Source: Rhodospirillaceae bacterium MC!
Lineage (GTDB): Bacteria; Pseudomonadota; Alphaproteobacteria; MC1
Direction: 5' to 3'
Length of the DNA stretch: 64,000 bases
NCBI GenBank assembly: GCA_002632265.1
Contig: NQOV01000001.1
Location: forward strand, 1,579 to 65,578
The notes below the pieces were generated by a model. It was given only the letters and a program-made list of their open reading frames with translations. It was not told the DNA's origin and searched no databases. Of the stretch, positions 1-10,060 are shown one piece after another (the first letter of the stretch is position 1; each line of letters begins with the position of its first letter). Both the position numbers and the translations under genes were made by a program.

Positions 1-989
1 ATGAAGATTTCTTGTTGGTTTTATCTTATGATGAACCACATCATCCGAGCTTGTGTCCGCCTGAATATTTCAATAAATATGAAGATTACATCATACAGAA
101 AAATAAAATCAATACCAAAGATACCTTAGAAGATAAACCCGCACATCATAAAGTATGGGCTAAGGTAAATAAAGATTTAGATGGTCCAAATGCTATCTTA
201 AAGGTGGTTAACTATGCCATAGGTTGTAACTATTTCATAGATGAAGAGATCGGATCTGTAAAAAAGACTATTGATAAACATGTGCCTGATTCTATGGTGT
301 TTTATACTAGTGATCATGGTTTCCATGCCATGTCGCACGGTTTAACCAATAAAGGTGCGACCATGTATGAAGAAAATGTCAATATTCCTTTCATCATTAA
401 ATGGAAAGATCATATTAAAGCCAATCAAACCATAGATCATCCAGTATCGCACATTAATATATGCCCTACAGTAATGGATTATTTCTGTGGATACGTTCCA
501 AAAACCATGGACGGTAAAAGCTTACTTCCGCATTTAAAGGATCAAAGCATACGCACTAATGAGTATATTTTCTCTGAATTCGGTCGCTACGAGGGCGAAC
601 ATGACGGATTCGGCGGATTCCAACCAATTAGATGTTCCATGGACGGCCGTTATAAATTAGTAGTTAATCTGCTAACTTCTGATGAATTCTACGATCTTCA
701 AGAAGATCCCGAAGAGATGAACAACTTAATCAATGACGAAAGTTCGGCAGTAGTTAAAGAAAAGTATCGCCTACATGACGCTTTACTAGACTGGCTAAAT
801 GACACAAGAGATCCATTCCGTGGCTACTACTGGCACAATCGCCCATGGCGAAAAGACGCTCCCGAAGAAACATGGGAATATACCGCCATGACTCGCCAAC
901 CCGAAGAAGATGAAAGATACGAACCACGTCAGCTAGATTATAGTACGGGTTTAGTGATGGATCTTCCCGTACGAGGCAAAAAAGGCTAG
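1..989 (+). CDS. Sulfatase (arylsulfatase family), C-terminal part; the gene starts upstream of the window
   Basis: The ORF is open from the window edge. The product ...YTSDHGFHAMSHGLTNKGATMYEENVNIPFIIKW... is the conserved C-terminal core of type I sulfatases. A second sulfatase and a GH42 gene follow. Confidence 0.75.
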   Translation, partial: EDFLLVLSYDEPHHPSLCPPEYFNKYEDYIIQKNKINTKDTLEDKPAHHKVWAKVNKDLDGPNAILKVVNYAIGCNYFIDEEIGSVKKTIDKHVPDSMVFYTSDHGFHAMSHGLTNKGATMYEENVNIPFIIKWKDHIKANQTIDHPVSHINICPTVMDYFCGYVPKTMDGKSLLPHLKDQSIRTNEYIFSEFGRYEGEHDGFGGFQPIRCSMDGRYKLVVNLLTSDEFYDLQEDPEEMNNLINDESSAVVKEKYRLHDALLDWLNDTRDPFRGYYWHNRPWRKDAPEETWEYTAMTRQPEEDERYEPRQLDYSTGLVMDLPVRGKKG

Positions 990-1097
990 GATTGTGAAAA
1001 ATTGGCTAATATGCACCTTTAATTAGGGATGATGTATAGTTTGAATATACTCGCTCTAATTTAAGGTGGATTTTAGGTTGTTTTCTCAAGTTTTGGG
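988..1097. repeat. Solo, diverged copy of the palindromic intergenic repeat family (same family as the 10061-10790 array)
   Basis: It begins at the sulfatase stop codon with aggattgtgaaaaattggctaatatgcacctt... This aligns with the array unit ggatcgtgataaatgggctaatatgcaccttaccttaggg...ccttggg. Confidence 0.6.
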
Positions 1098-1140
1098 AAT
1101 ATATAGTGTATAAATAATATACAAAAGGAAAGATAAGGAC

Positions 1141-3117
1141 ATGAAATTAGGTGTATGTTATTATCCTGAACATTGGTCAAAAGACCAGTGGCATGATGAT
1201 ATTAAAAAAATGAAACAAATAGGTATTTCTACAGTTCGTATATTTGAATTTACGTGGGGATTAGTTGAAAGTGAAGAAAATAAATATGATTTTACCTTGT
1301 TAAATGAGGTTATGGATTTACTAGAAAAAAATAACATTAATGTTATTATGTGTACTCCAACCGCAAGTTTACCACCGTGGTTAGTTGTGAAGTATCCTGA
1401 AGTGCGAGCTTATACGGATGTGAATACGCCTATGGTATCAGGTACAAGAAGAAATTATTCTTTTTCCAGTGAAAAGTATCGTGAATTCTCTCGTAAGATT
1501 ACAAAAGCTTATGCCGAGAATTTTAAGGACTATAAAAATATTGTAGGGTGGCAGACAGATAATGAATATGGTGGCTTGAGTTATTCCCCTGAAGATCTTT
1601 TAGCTTTTAGAAAATGGCTACAAGCTAAATATAAAAGCTTAGATAATCTAAATAAGGCATGGGGTTCGGAGTTTTGGTCGTTAATTTACGGCTCGTTTGA
1701 TGAAATAGAATTTCCTGCTCCACGTTGTGCGAATCCTACACAAGTCTTAGATTTTCACCGTTTTCATGCGGATAATGTAACATCTTTTAATAAAGAGCAA
1801 GTGGATATTATAAACTCATATTATAAGGATATCCCTGTAACTCATAACTTTATGGTGGCATTCCCTTATGTTAATCAGTTCGATTTAATGGCTGATTTGG
1901 ATGTCCCTAGTATAGATTTTTATCCTTTAGGTGTATATTCCAATGAAACTAATCTAAATCCCTCTTTACTTGTAGAGCAAAGCCAATTTAGACGTGGATT
2001 TTATACAATGCAAGGCTTTACCTTTGATCTAACCCGTGGAGTTGGTAATGGTAAATTTTGGATCTTAGAACATCAAGCAGGGCCAATCAATTGGGCCCAG
2101 CATAATCCTGTACCGCAAGACGGCATGATCAGACTATGGGGAATCGAAGGAATCGCCCATGGGGCAACCTTGCTTTCTCCCTTTAGATGGCGACAGTGTT
2201 TGGCAGGCTTTGAGGCGTTCCATTCTGGTTTACTGTTACCAAGTGGCGATATTGCTCAAGGTGGCGTAGAATATACCCAAATTAGTCAAGATATCAAAAA
2301 ACTAGAACAGGCAGGTTTTAAGCAGGATTGTACATCGGAGGTTGCTTTTATCTATGATTATGATTCTCTGTGGGCGTTTATGTCGCAAAGTCAGAGTATT
2401 AGTGTTGATAAGCTAACTATCTTTCATCGATACTATGAGGCCTTTATTAATTTAGGGGCTAATGTGGATGTTATTTCATCCAAGCATGATCTTTCTTCTT
2501 ATAAAGTGGTGGTATTAACTCAAAGTATGTTAGCTAATCCAACCTTAATTAAGAACTTACAGAACTTTAAGGGTCAGATTATTTTATCGCCTAGAACATT
2601 TAGTAGAGAAGAAGATCTACACATCCCAGAAGAGTTACCACTTGTAGGTATTGAAAATCTGATAGATGTGAAAATTCTCCAACTGGAAACATTCGCTCCC
2701 TATGTGAAAGAGACAATTATTTATAAGGATCAAGAATATACTTCAACTCTTTATCGAGAACACATTCAAACCAATCAAAAGGTAGTTGCAGAATTTAAAT
2801 CTGATGAGTTTAGGGGCGGAAGTCCTGCGGTGGTACGAAATAATAATTTAACTTATATTACTTGTATGCCTGAAAATTCCATGCTGGTGGAACTCTTCTC
2901 GGATGTGTGTAAGGATTTAGATATTAGAATCTTACCTCACAGATTACCGCAACATCTGAAAATGAGAAGATCGGGAGAATTCGTATTTTTCTTTAACTAT
3001 GCAAAAGAAAGCTTAGATGTGAGTAAGTTCATTAATTCCAAAAATTACGATGTAATTATCGGCGAGCAAACTACAGAGATCAAATCTGCAGGAGTCTTGG
3101 CTATAAAATATAAATAA
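1141..3117 (+). CDS. Beta-galactosidase, glycoside hydrolase family 42
   Basis: The N-terminus MKLGVCYYPEHWSKDQWHDDIKKMKQIGISTVRIFEFTWGLVE is typical of GH42 (YYPEhW...W..D). Length 658 aa. No signal peptide. A good RBS (aaaggaaag) lies upstream. Confidence 0.85.
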   Translation: MKLGVCYYPEHWSKDQWHDDIKKMKQIGISTVRIFEFTWGLVESEENKYDFTLLNEVMDLLEKNNINVIMCTPTASLPPWLVVKYPEVRAYTDVNTPMVSGTRRNYSFSSEKYREFSRKITKAYAENFKDYKNIVGWQTDNEYGGLSYSPEDLLAFRKWLQAKYKSLDNLNKAWGSEFWSLIYGSFDEIEFPAPRCANPTQVLDFHRFHADNVTSFNKEQVDIINSYYKDIPVTHNFMVAFPYVNQFDLMADLDVPSIDFYPLGVYSNETNLNPSLLVEQSQFRRGFYTMQGFTFDLTRGVGNGKFWILEHQAGPINWAQHNPVPQDGMIRLWGIEGIAHGATLLSPFRWRQCLAGFEAFHSGLLLPSGDIAQGGVEYTQISQDIKKLEQAGFKQDCTSEVAFIYDYDSLWAFMSQSQSISVDKLTIFHRYYEAFINLGANVDVISSKHDLSSYKVVVLTQSMLANPTLIKNLQNFKGQIILSPRTFSREEDLHIPEELPLVGIENLIDVKILQLETFAPYVKETIIYKDQEYTSTLYREHIQTNQKVVAEFKSDEFRGGSPAVVRNNNLTYITCMPENSMLVELFSDVCKDLDIRILPHRLPQHLKMRRSGEFVFFFNYAKESLDVSKFINSKNYDVIIGEQTTEIKSAGVLAIKYK

Positions 3118-3172
3118 ACATAAACATTTTCATATATACTTTAATTCACATATATTTTAAAGGAGTAAAACA

Positions 3173-4651
3173 ATGAGTAAAAAACCTAATGTATTATTCA
3201 TCTTGATTGATGATATGGGCTGGAAAGATCTAAGTTGTTACGGCAGTGATTTTTATGAAACCCCAAATATCGATAGTATCGCCAAAAACGGTATGAAATT
3301 CTTACAAGCTTATAGTACTTGTCCAGTATGTTCGCCTGCTCGTGCTAGTATTATGACTGGTAAATATCCTGCACGTGTGGGCATAACCGATTGGATAGAT
3401 TTTGCGGAAAAGCCATCACATCCATTACAAGGTATGCTTATGGACGCTCCCTATAAAAAGGGTTTGCCGAGTGATGAATATACTATCGCCAAAGCTTTCC
3501 AAGATAATGGCTATAATACTTGGCATGTGGGCAAATGGCATTTGGGGGAAAAGGGCAAGAGTCCTTTGGAGTTTGGTTTCGATGTTAATATCGGCGGTTG
3601 CGATGTGGGATCGCCTGGACCAAGCGGATACTTTAGCCCATGGGAGACTATTTCGGCCTTAAAAGATGTGGATGTCCCTAAAGATACTTACTTAACAGAT
3701 TACTTAGGAGATCAAGCTAGTGATCTCATTAGGAATTTGAAGAGCGATCAATCATTTTTTATGCACATGTCTTTTTATGCGGTACACACTCCCATTCAAG
3801 CTAAGCAAGAAAAGCTTGATAAATATACGAAAAAAGCCAAAGATATGGGCTTGGATAAAATCGATCCATTTACCGTAGGCGGTAAAGGTACAACCATAGA
3901 TAAACAGGATCGAGATATTATCCGCCGTACTGTTCAATCTGATGTTGCATATGCAGGCTTGATCGATAGTCTTGATGAAAACATCGGTAAAATACTAACC
4001 GCCTTAAAGGAAAAAAATCTCTTAGAAGATACTATTATTGTTTTCACATCCGATAATGGCGGATTAGCCACATCTGAAGGCTGTCCCACATCTAATTTAC
4101 CTTTAAGTGAGGGTAAAGGCTGGATGTATGAAGGCGGTACAAGAGAACCTATGATGATTCAATGGCAAGGCAAAATTAAGCCCCATGAAAATACTAAGAA
4201 CTACGTAACAGGTACTGATTTCTATCCGACATTATTGGAACTTGCAGGCTTGGATTTAGTGGAAAATCAACATGTGGACGGCAAAAGCTTTGCCCCTTTA
4301 CTAACCGCAAACATAAGCGAAAATGATTTCGAACGTGGGGCCATTTATTGGCACTATCCACACTATGGAAATCAAGGGGGATCTCCTGCCAGTAGCGTAC
4401 GTGAGAATGATATGAAACTAATATATTTCTATGAAGACCATCACGCAGAACTATACAATGTGGTAAGCGATATTGAAGAACGCCATGACATCGCTAAGGA
4501 AAATCCCGAACTCGTGAAAAAGCTAGTTGCTATGATCCAAACATGGATGATAGAAACCAAAGCTCTTACTCCTGAAAAAAATCCCAACTTTAAAACATGG
4601 CAGGGAAGAACTGTAGGTTACCATAGTCTGGAAAATAACTATAAGGTTTAA
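3173..4651 (+). CDS. Sulfatase (Cys-type, CSPAR motif), apparently cytoplasmic
   Basis: PNVLFILIDDMGWKDLSCYG...CSPARASIMTGKYP is the canonical sulfatase signature including the formylglycine C-x-P-x-R motif. The N-terminus is hydrophilic with no signal peptide. RBS aaaggag. Confidence 0.88.
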   Translation: MSKKPNVLFILIDDMGWKDLSCYGSDFYETPNIDSIAKNGMKFLQAYSTCPVCSPARASIMTGKYPARVGITDWIDFAEKPSHPLQGMLMDAPYKKGLPSDEYTIAKAFQDNGYNTWHVGKWHLGEKGKSPLEFGFDVNIGGCDVGSPGPSGYFSPWETISALKDVDVPKDTYLTDYLGDQASDLIRNLKSDQSFFMHMSFYAVHTPIQAKQEKLDKYTKKAKDMGLDKIDPFTVGGKGTTIDKQDRDIIRRTVQSDVAYAGLIDSLDENIGKILTALKEKNLLEDTIIVFTSDNGGLATSEGCPTSNLPLSEGKGWMYEGGTREPMMIQWQGKIKPHENTKNYVTGTDFYPTLLELAGLDLVENQHVDGKSFAPLLTANISENDFERGAIYWHYPHYGNQGGSPASSVRENDMKLIYFYEDHHAELYNVVSDIEERHDIAKENPELVKKLVAMIQTWMIETKALTPEKNPNFKTWQGRTVGYHSLENNYKV

Positions 4652-4664
4652 GTGATTGTTATAT

Positions 4665-4700
4665 ATAAGCACATGTTATAATTAAATAACATGTGCTTAT
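4665..4700. terminator. Perfect 15-bp-arm hairpin between convergent genes (sulfatase and glgC). Likely a bidirectional terminator or palindromic element
   Basis: ataagcacatgttat-aattaa-ataacatgtgcttat. No strong U-tract follows. Confidence 0.45.
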
Positions 4701-4728
4701 GAAACATCTGGCTTATGAAATATAGTAT

Positions 4729-6060
4729 TTATGCAACATTGGGTAGGATGTTGTGTTCTGGATGTTCTTGGTTGTTGTTGTTGTTTGTGAGTAGGGTTTT
4801 GGTGTAATTTTTTAATGTGCTTTTTGTAACTAGCACTACGCCATTTTCGGTAACTTCGAAAAAACGTTTGTCCATTTCATGATCTATACCGATGTTTGTA
4901 CCTGCAGGGAGTTGGCAATCGATCCCAATAATCGCTTTCTTTATGGTACAATTGCGTTCTATAATCACATTTGGCATGATCACAGAATGATCCACTCGAG
5001 ATCCTGAATGGACGTAAACTCCATAGGAAATCACAGATTTTTTAACTACAGCTCCAGAAACAATAACTCGAGAAGATATCAAGGAATCCAAGGCTAGACC
5101 ACGGCGTCGGTTTTCATCAAATACGAACTTGGCAGGCAGTGAAAATTCTTGTTTAGAGAAAATTCGCCAGTTTTCATCGTAAAAGTTAAAATCTGGAATA
5201 ACATCCGTAAGGGCAATGTTGGCTTTCCAGTATCCGTCAACTGTTCCCACGTCTTTCCAATAGGCAACTTGAGAGCCAGAATATACGCATGATGTGGAAA
5301 ATCTATGAGCCAGTAGGGATTTTTCTTTTACCAATAACGGTAAAATATCCTTACCAAAATCATGGCTACTTTGTTCGTTTAAGGTATCATGCTCTAAGAT
5401 ATCAAGTAAAGTATCGGCATTAAAGATATAGTTACCTTGAGAGGCAAATGTCATATCTTGATTGTTGGGGATTCGTGGGGGATCTTTAGGCTTTTCTAGG
5501 AAGTTAGTAACCATGTCGTTACTATCAACATCCACACAGCCAAAGGCCTTAGCGTCTGCATGGGGAACTTCCAAACAGGAAACCGTACATTTAGCACCAG
5601 ATTCTATATGATCATTTAACATGATACTAAAATCTTGCTTATAAATATGATCTCCTGATAAAATCATAACATATTTAGGCTTGTGAGATTTAATATAGCG
5701 TGCATTTTGATAAATGGCGTCAGCCGTACCGCAATACCATTTGGAATCTTTGTTTTTTTGTTCGGCAGGTAACATCTCAATGAATTCGTTTAGACTGGTA
5801 TTTAAAATATCCCAACCGTTATTCACATGGTGCATTAGGCTATGAGCTTGATATTGCGTAACTAAAGAAATTCTTCTGAATCCAGAATTAATACAGTTTG
5901 ATAAGGGGAAATCAATTAATTTAAACTGTCCGCCAAAGGTAATTGCTGGCTTACTTTCATATTTTGTTAAACCGCCCAAACGTGTACCACGCCCACCTGC
6001 TAAGATTATCACAAGAGTCTCTCTTATGGCTGAATTTAAATTTTCTTTATTGATAGACAT
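4729..6060 (-). CDS. glgC: Glucose-1-phosphate adenylyltransferase
   Basis: ILAGGRGTRLGGLTKYESKPAITFGGQFKLIDFPLSNCINSG and the C-terminal left-handed beta-helix region are typical of GlgC. 443 aa. Confidence 0.88.
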   Translation of the reverse strand: MSINKENLNSAIRETLVIILAGGRGTRLGGLTKYESKPAITFGGQFKLIDFPLSNCINSGFRRISLVTQYQAHSLMHHVNNGWDILNTSLNEFIEMLPAEQKNKDSKWYCGTADAIYQNARYIKSHKPKYVMILSGDHIYKQDFSIMLNDHIESGAKCTVSCLEVPHADAKAFGCVDVDSNDMVTNFLEKPKDPPRIPNNQDMTFASQGNYIFNADTLLDILEHDTLNEQSSHDFGKDILPLLVKEKSLLAHRFSTSCVYSGSQVAYWKDVGTVDGYWKANIALTDVIPDFNFYDENWRIFSKQEFSLPAKFVFDENRRRGLALDSLISSRVIVSGAVVKKSVISYGVYVHSGSRVDHSVIMPNVIIERNCTIKKAIIGIDCQLPAGTNIGIDHEMDKRFFEVTENGVVLVTKSTLKNYTKTLLTNNNNNQEHPEHNILPNVA

Positions 6061-6119
6061 AACTTTAATCCTTACAATTATTCACTTAATTTATATACTA
6101 CGATTTTGTGTAAATTAAA

Positions 6120-6184
6120 GGGATGTGAAAAATAAGCTAAAATGTGCTTTCCCCAAACCCCAAAGGAGTGCTTTTTCAAGCCCC
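6120..6184. repeat. Palindromic intergenic element with terminal inverted repeats (gggatgtgaaaaa...gagtgctttttcaagcccc)
   Basis: The left end gggatgtgaaaaataagc and right end ggagtgctttttcaagcccc are reverse complements. It shares its boundary motif with elements at 24030, 53883 and 54930. Confidence 0.6.
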
Positions 6185-6361
6185 TTAATTAGAGTGTTTT
6201 TTCTAAATCGCTTACATACATGTATTTATTATTTTGTTACTTTCAAGGTGATCATAACAAAAAAAGTATAATGCTCTTGTTTTTTTAATAGTTATATGAT
6301 ACTATGATCAATATTTAATAAAACGACTCTTAATAGATTCTTTATATTCAAGGAAAAATTT

Positions 6362-7897
6362 ATGAAAATTAAATTTAAATCTTTAGTTTTAACATCGGCG
6401 ACTTTGTTAGCTATGTCTAGCTTTAATGTATCTTACGCACAAACTAAAGCTAAGAAACCATTAACCCCAATTCAAGAAGAACAACAAACCTACGAAATGC
6501 TAAGCCTGTTCGGGCAAGTGTTAGATCTGGTAAAAACAAGTTACGTTAAAAAAGTAGATACTCGTATCTTGATTGAGGGTGCTTTAAAAGGTATGATCAG
6601 TGCCTTAGATCCCCATTCTTTTTATGTGGATGAGAAATCTTTTAACAAAGTGGAAAACGATGCTAAAGGTCAATTTGGCGGAATCGGTATTCGTTTTATT
6701 TTTGAAGATAAAACCATTAAAGTTATGACTGTAATGGATAATACTCCAGCGTCAAAAGTTCATTTAAAATCGAAAGATCTCATTGTTGGTATCGATAATA
6801 AATCAGTACGCACAATGGAAGAGGCGGACATCATAAAAGCCATGCGTGGTAAAGCAGGAAGTAAGGTTGTTCTTACGGTGGTAAGGAATAATAAAAAGCC
6901 CTTTAATACTACGTTAACACGTGCTATCATTAAGGATTATCCTACTGTTTCTAAACTAATTGATAATGATGTTGCCTATTTGCGAATCAACAGTTTTAAT
7001 ATGCAAACTAAAAGCGGTTTAGATACGGCCATTAAAAATGTGAGAAAGTTCGCTCAAACTAAACATACTAAAATCACAGGATACATTCTAGATCTTAGAA
7101 ATAATCCAGGTGGTTTAGTTAATCAAGCGGTTAAGGTTGCCGATACTTTCTTAGACGGTGGTGAGATCGTTTCCACTCGTGGGCGTCTGGATAATAAGGG
7201 CAAGCCTGTTGATCAATCTAATTTCATGAGCTATAGTGCCACTAAAGGTGATGAGCTAAACGGTGCTCCGTTGATTGTCTTGGTTAATGGCGGTACAGCC
7301 TCGGCAGCGGAAATCGTAACAGGGGCCTTACATGATCATCGCCGTGCTATTGTTCTTGGTCGTACAACTTTCGGTAAGGGGATCGTTCAAGCCACACTGC
7401 CGTTACTAAATGGTAAGTATGGCGGAATTCGTTTGACTGTATCAAGATATTACACTCCTGCAGGTAGTTCAATCCAACAAGTGGGGATCACTCCTGATAT
7501 TATGGTTAAGCAAGCCAAGGTTGAAGAATATAATTATGGAGCGTCAATTCACGAATCAGATCTTAAAAACACCATTAAGAACACCAATAAAGAAGATCAA
7601 GATAAGGCGGACCAAGAAAAAGCCAATCGTAAAAAACAGCTAGATAAATCCAAATCCACAACTAAGGAAGATACTTCACCCGTATCCGAGCGAGATTATT
7701 TATATGATAAGGATATAAATGTGGATTATCAATTGACCAGAAGTGTAGATTTAATCCATTCTATGAAGTTTATGAAAGATTATAACCAAAAGACTATCGC
7801 CATGAACGCAAAGAAAAAGAAGACGCTAGCCAAATCTAAAACCAAGGTTAATGCTAAAACCAATACTAATACTAAAAAAGTTACGAGAAAAAAATAA
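6362..7897 (+). CDS. ctpA: Carboxy-terminal processing protease (S41 family) with an extra Lys-rich tail of about 130 aa
   Basis: It has a signal peptide, a PDZ region and an S41 core (GGTASAAEIVTGAL, TFGKG). The low-complexity C-terminal tail reads KKKKTLAKSKTKVNAKTNTNTKKVTRKK. Confidence 0.85.
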   Translation: MKIKFKSLVLTSATLLAMSSFNVSYAQTKAKKPLTPIQEEQQTYEMLSLFGQVLDLVKTSYVKKVDTRILIEGALKGMISALDPHSFYVDEKSFNKVENDAKGQFGGIGIRFIFEDKTIKVMTVMDNTPASKVHLKSKDLIVGIDNKSVRTMEEADIIKAMRGKAGSKVVLTVVRNNKKPFNTTLTRAIIKDYPTVSKLIDNDVAYLRINSFNMQTKSGLDTAIKNVRKFAQTKHTKITGYILDLRNNPGGLVNQAVKVADTFLDGGEIVSTRGRLDNKGKPVDQSNFMSYSATKGDELNGAPLIVLVNGGTASAAEIVTGALHDHRRAIVLGRTTFGKGIVQATLPLLNGKYGGIRLTVSRYYTPAGSSIQQVGITPDIMVKQAKVEEYNYGASIHESDLKNTIKNTNKEDQDKADQEKANRKKQLDKSKSTTKEDTSPVSERDYLYDKDINVDYQLTRSVDLIHSMKFMKDYNQKTIAMNAKKKKTLAKSKTKVNAKTNTNTKKVTRKK

Positions 7898-7919
7898 TTA
7901 AAATTAAGGAGTTGAGATA

Positions 7920-8981
7920 ATGTTTGCCAAGTTAATTAAATGGATTGTTGTAGGAATCGTTTTAATTGCCGTTATAGCTGGTGGGATCTTGTTTTTTTTA
8001 TCATCAAAAAAGCCGAAAGAAGCCCCTGTTTATAGGACTGCCATTCCGAAGAGTGCTTTTACTAAAAAGAATTCTAAAGAACATCGTGCTACTGGTTCGA
8101 TGACAATTAGTCCGAATGCTATTTCCGATAATGTCTTATCAGGGGTAGCCGATGAGAAACGCATAAAGCCGTTGCCATCTGCTCCCATTCGCAAGATTAC
8201 CCAAAATACAGACACTGGGAGCATTCCAGTAATCGCAAAAGACGGCTCAAAGCCATGGCGTTTATATGCACAGCCTTATAAATTTAAAAATTCACATCCT
8301 AAGGTGGCGATTGTGCTTGGTCCTATCGGATTATCGCAAACGGGCTTTAAGCTGGCAGTGGATAAAATGCCATTGGAAGTAACATTTATTTTAAGTTCCT
8401 ATTCTCATAATATCTTCACTAAATCAAAAATGATCCGTGTAAAAGGGCATGAGTTTTTAATTGAATTCCCAACAGAATCAGGAAGTTATGATCGTGATTC
8501 TGGCCCGAAAACTCTAAGACACACACAGAATCCCACTCAATTGTTAGACGCTATGAATGTTTTACTATCTTCTACCACTGGTTATATGGGAGCGGCGTTA
8601 ATGTATGGCGATAGTTTCGTATCCAATAGATCCAAGTTGCATATTGTTGTATCTGAATTAAACTCTCGTGGCTTGTTAACATTCGATGACGGATCAGCAG
8701 GTACTCGCAGTATGTTAAAAGTATTAGCAGTAAAAGCCTTAGCTCCTTATGCGGAAACAGATCAATCTTTAAAATCCACTCAAACATCTGCAGAAGTTGA
8801 GAAACATCTAAAACAAGCATACGCTAAACTTGTTAGTGGTAAAAATCAAGTGATCTTAGTAGAACCACAACCAAGACTTATGCAAATGGTAATCAATTGG
8901 ATTTCACTTCATGGAGGCAGAAAAACAAATGGTAGTTTTGAGCTAGTTCCTTTGAGTGCGATTTCTCACAATAGAAGTTAA
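7920..8981 (+). CDS. Divergent polysaccharide deacetylase family protein (YibQ-like)
   Basis: N-terminal TM helix. Motifs KVAIVLGPIGL, EVTFIL, GHEFLIEFPTES, GYMGAA and LLTFDDGSAGT fit the divergent polysaccharide deacetylase family. The ctpA-yibQ pairing is typical of alphaproteobacteria. Confidence 0.7.
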   Translation: MFAKLIKWIVVGIVLIAVIAGGILFFLSSKKPKEAPVYRTAIPKSAFTKKNSKEHRATGSMTISPNAISDNVLSGVADEKRIKPLPSAPIRKITQNTDTGSIPVIAKDGSKPWRLYAQPYKFKNSHPKVAIVLGPIGLSQTGFKLAVDKMPLEVTFILSSYSHNIFTKSKMIRVKGHEFLIEFPTESGSYDRDSGPKTLRHTQNPTQLLDAMNVLLSSTTGYMGAALMYGDSFVSNRSKLHIVVSELNSRGLLTFDDGSAGTRSMLKVLAVKALAPYAETDQSLKSTQTSAEVEKHLKQAYAKLVSGKNQVILVEPQPRLMQMVINWISLHGGRKTNGSFELVPLSAISHNRS

Positions 8982-9011
8982 ATCTTTCTTTAAATCAAAG
9001 GTTTATTTCTT

Positions 9012-10058
9012 ATGTCAATGTTAAAAGCCAACGAGGTCGATTCTCGTTTAAAGAGTAAAAATATTCCTGATAATATCTGTACATTTTTAGTATATGGTAA
9101 AGATGTTGGCATGATCGGGATTCGTGTAAAATCCATTATTGATATCTTAAAAAGCTTTAACGATAACACCACAGTTACTAAAATTACCCTAGATGAAATT
9201 TCTCAAGATCCTCATTTATTGTTGGATTCTCTGTATACTATCCCCATGTTTGGCGATAAACAAATTATCCACGTGCGAGCCTATGGATCGGATATTCGTA
9301 AATTTAACAAAACCCTAAAGGTATGGCTCGCAGAAGGGAACTCATCCATTGCCCATTTAGTCATAGAAGCTCGTGATATTGCAAAAACCACCGAACTCCA
9401 TAAATTAATAACAAAAGATGATCAATCCATGGGTTTCCCATGCTATGCCGATACAGTGCAGTCTCTAGGATATTTCATAAACGATTATCTAAAGTCGCAT
9501 AATTTTAACATTCAAAATGAAGCACGTATCAAAATCTTAGAATTTTTAGGTAGTGATCGCCAAATGACCATAAATGAGCTAGAAAAACTCATAACATACA
9601 TGGGCGAAGGACGTAACACAATAACGCTAGAAGATGTTCTAGCCTGCGTAATGCCCTCATCAAATATGGGCCAGCAAGATATAATAAACGCCACCCTAAT
9701 GGGGAATTATCAAACCCTAGAAAAAGCCCTAAATAAATACTACAAAGAAAATACCTCCGATGTTTCAATCCCCCTAATGCGTATGTTCTTCTCAAGCCTA
9801 GAGCGACTATATACAGCAGTAATCCAACTTAAAAGTGGCAGTAACGTGCGATCCGTATCCATGAGAAACGGCTTATTTAATATGGACTCTATAATAATCC
9901 AATGGAGCAAACGCCCCGAATACATTCTAAAAACCATAGCCAAAATAGTAGAATGCGAACAAGATTGCATGAAAATCCAACTAAAAATCAACCACCAAAT
10001 AGTTCACAGACACCTAATCGGCATAGCAAAGCTCGCCAAAAACCTACAACGCATATAA
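9012..10058 (+). CDS. holA: DNA polymerase III delta subunit-like
   Basis: The size (348 aa) and a C-terminal helical pattern (INELEKLITYMGEGRNTITLEDV...ALNKY...) resemble HolA. Similarity is weak, so this is tentative. Confidence 0.5.
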   Translation: MSMLKANEVDSRLKSKNIPDNICTFLVYGKDVGMIGIRVKSIIDILKSFNDNTTVTKITLDEISQDPHLLLDSLYTIPMFGDKQIIHVRAYGSDIRKFNKTLKVWLAEGNSSIAHLVIEARDIAKTTELHKLITKDDQSMGFPCYADTVQSLGYFINDYLKSHNFNIQNEARIKILEFLGSDRQMTINELEKLITYMGEGRNTITLEDVLACVMPSSNMGQQDIINATLMGNYQTLEKALNKYYKENTSDVSIPLMRMFFSSLERLYTAVIQLKSGSNVRSVSMRNGLFNMDSIIIQWSKRPEYILKTIAKIVECEQDCMKIQLKINHQIVHRHLIGIAKLAKNLQRI

Positions 10059-10060
10059 AA

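Noticed and set aside
3402-3937. Nested or antisense ORFs inside long genes (e.g. 3402-3662, 3752-3937, 8030-8224, 15907-16242, 32450-32884, 56512-56916, 58657-59088)
   Set aside because: They lie inside, or antisense to, confidently identified genes. They show no RBS and have random-looking composition.
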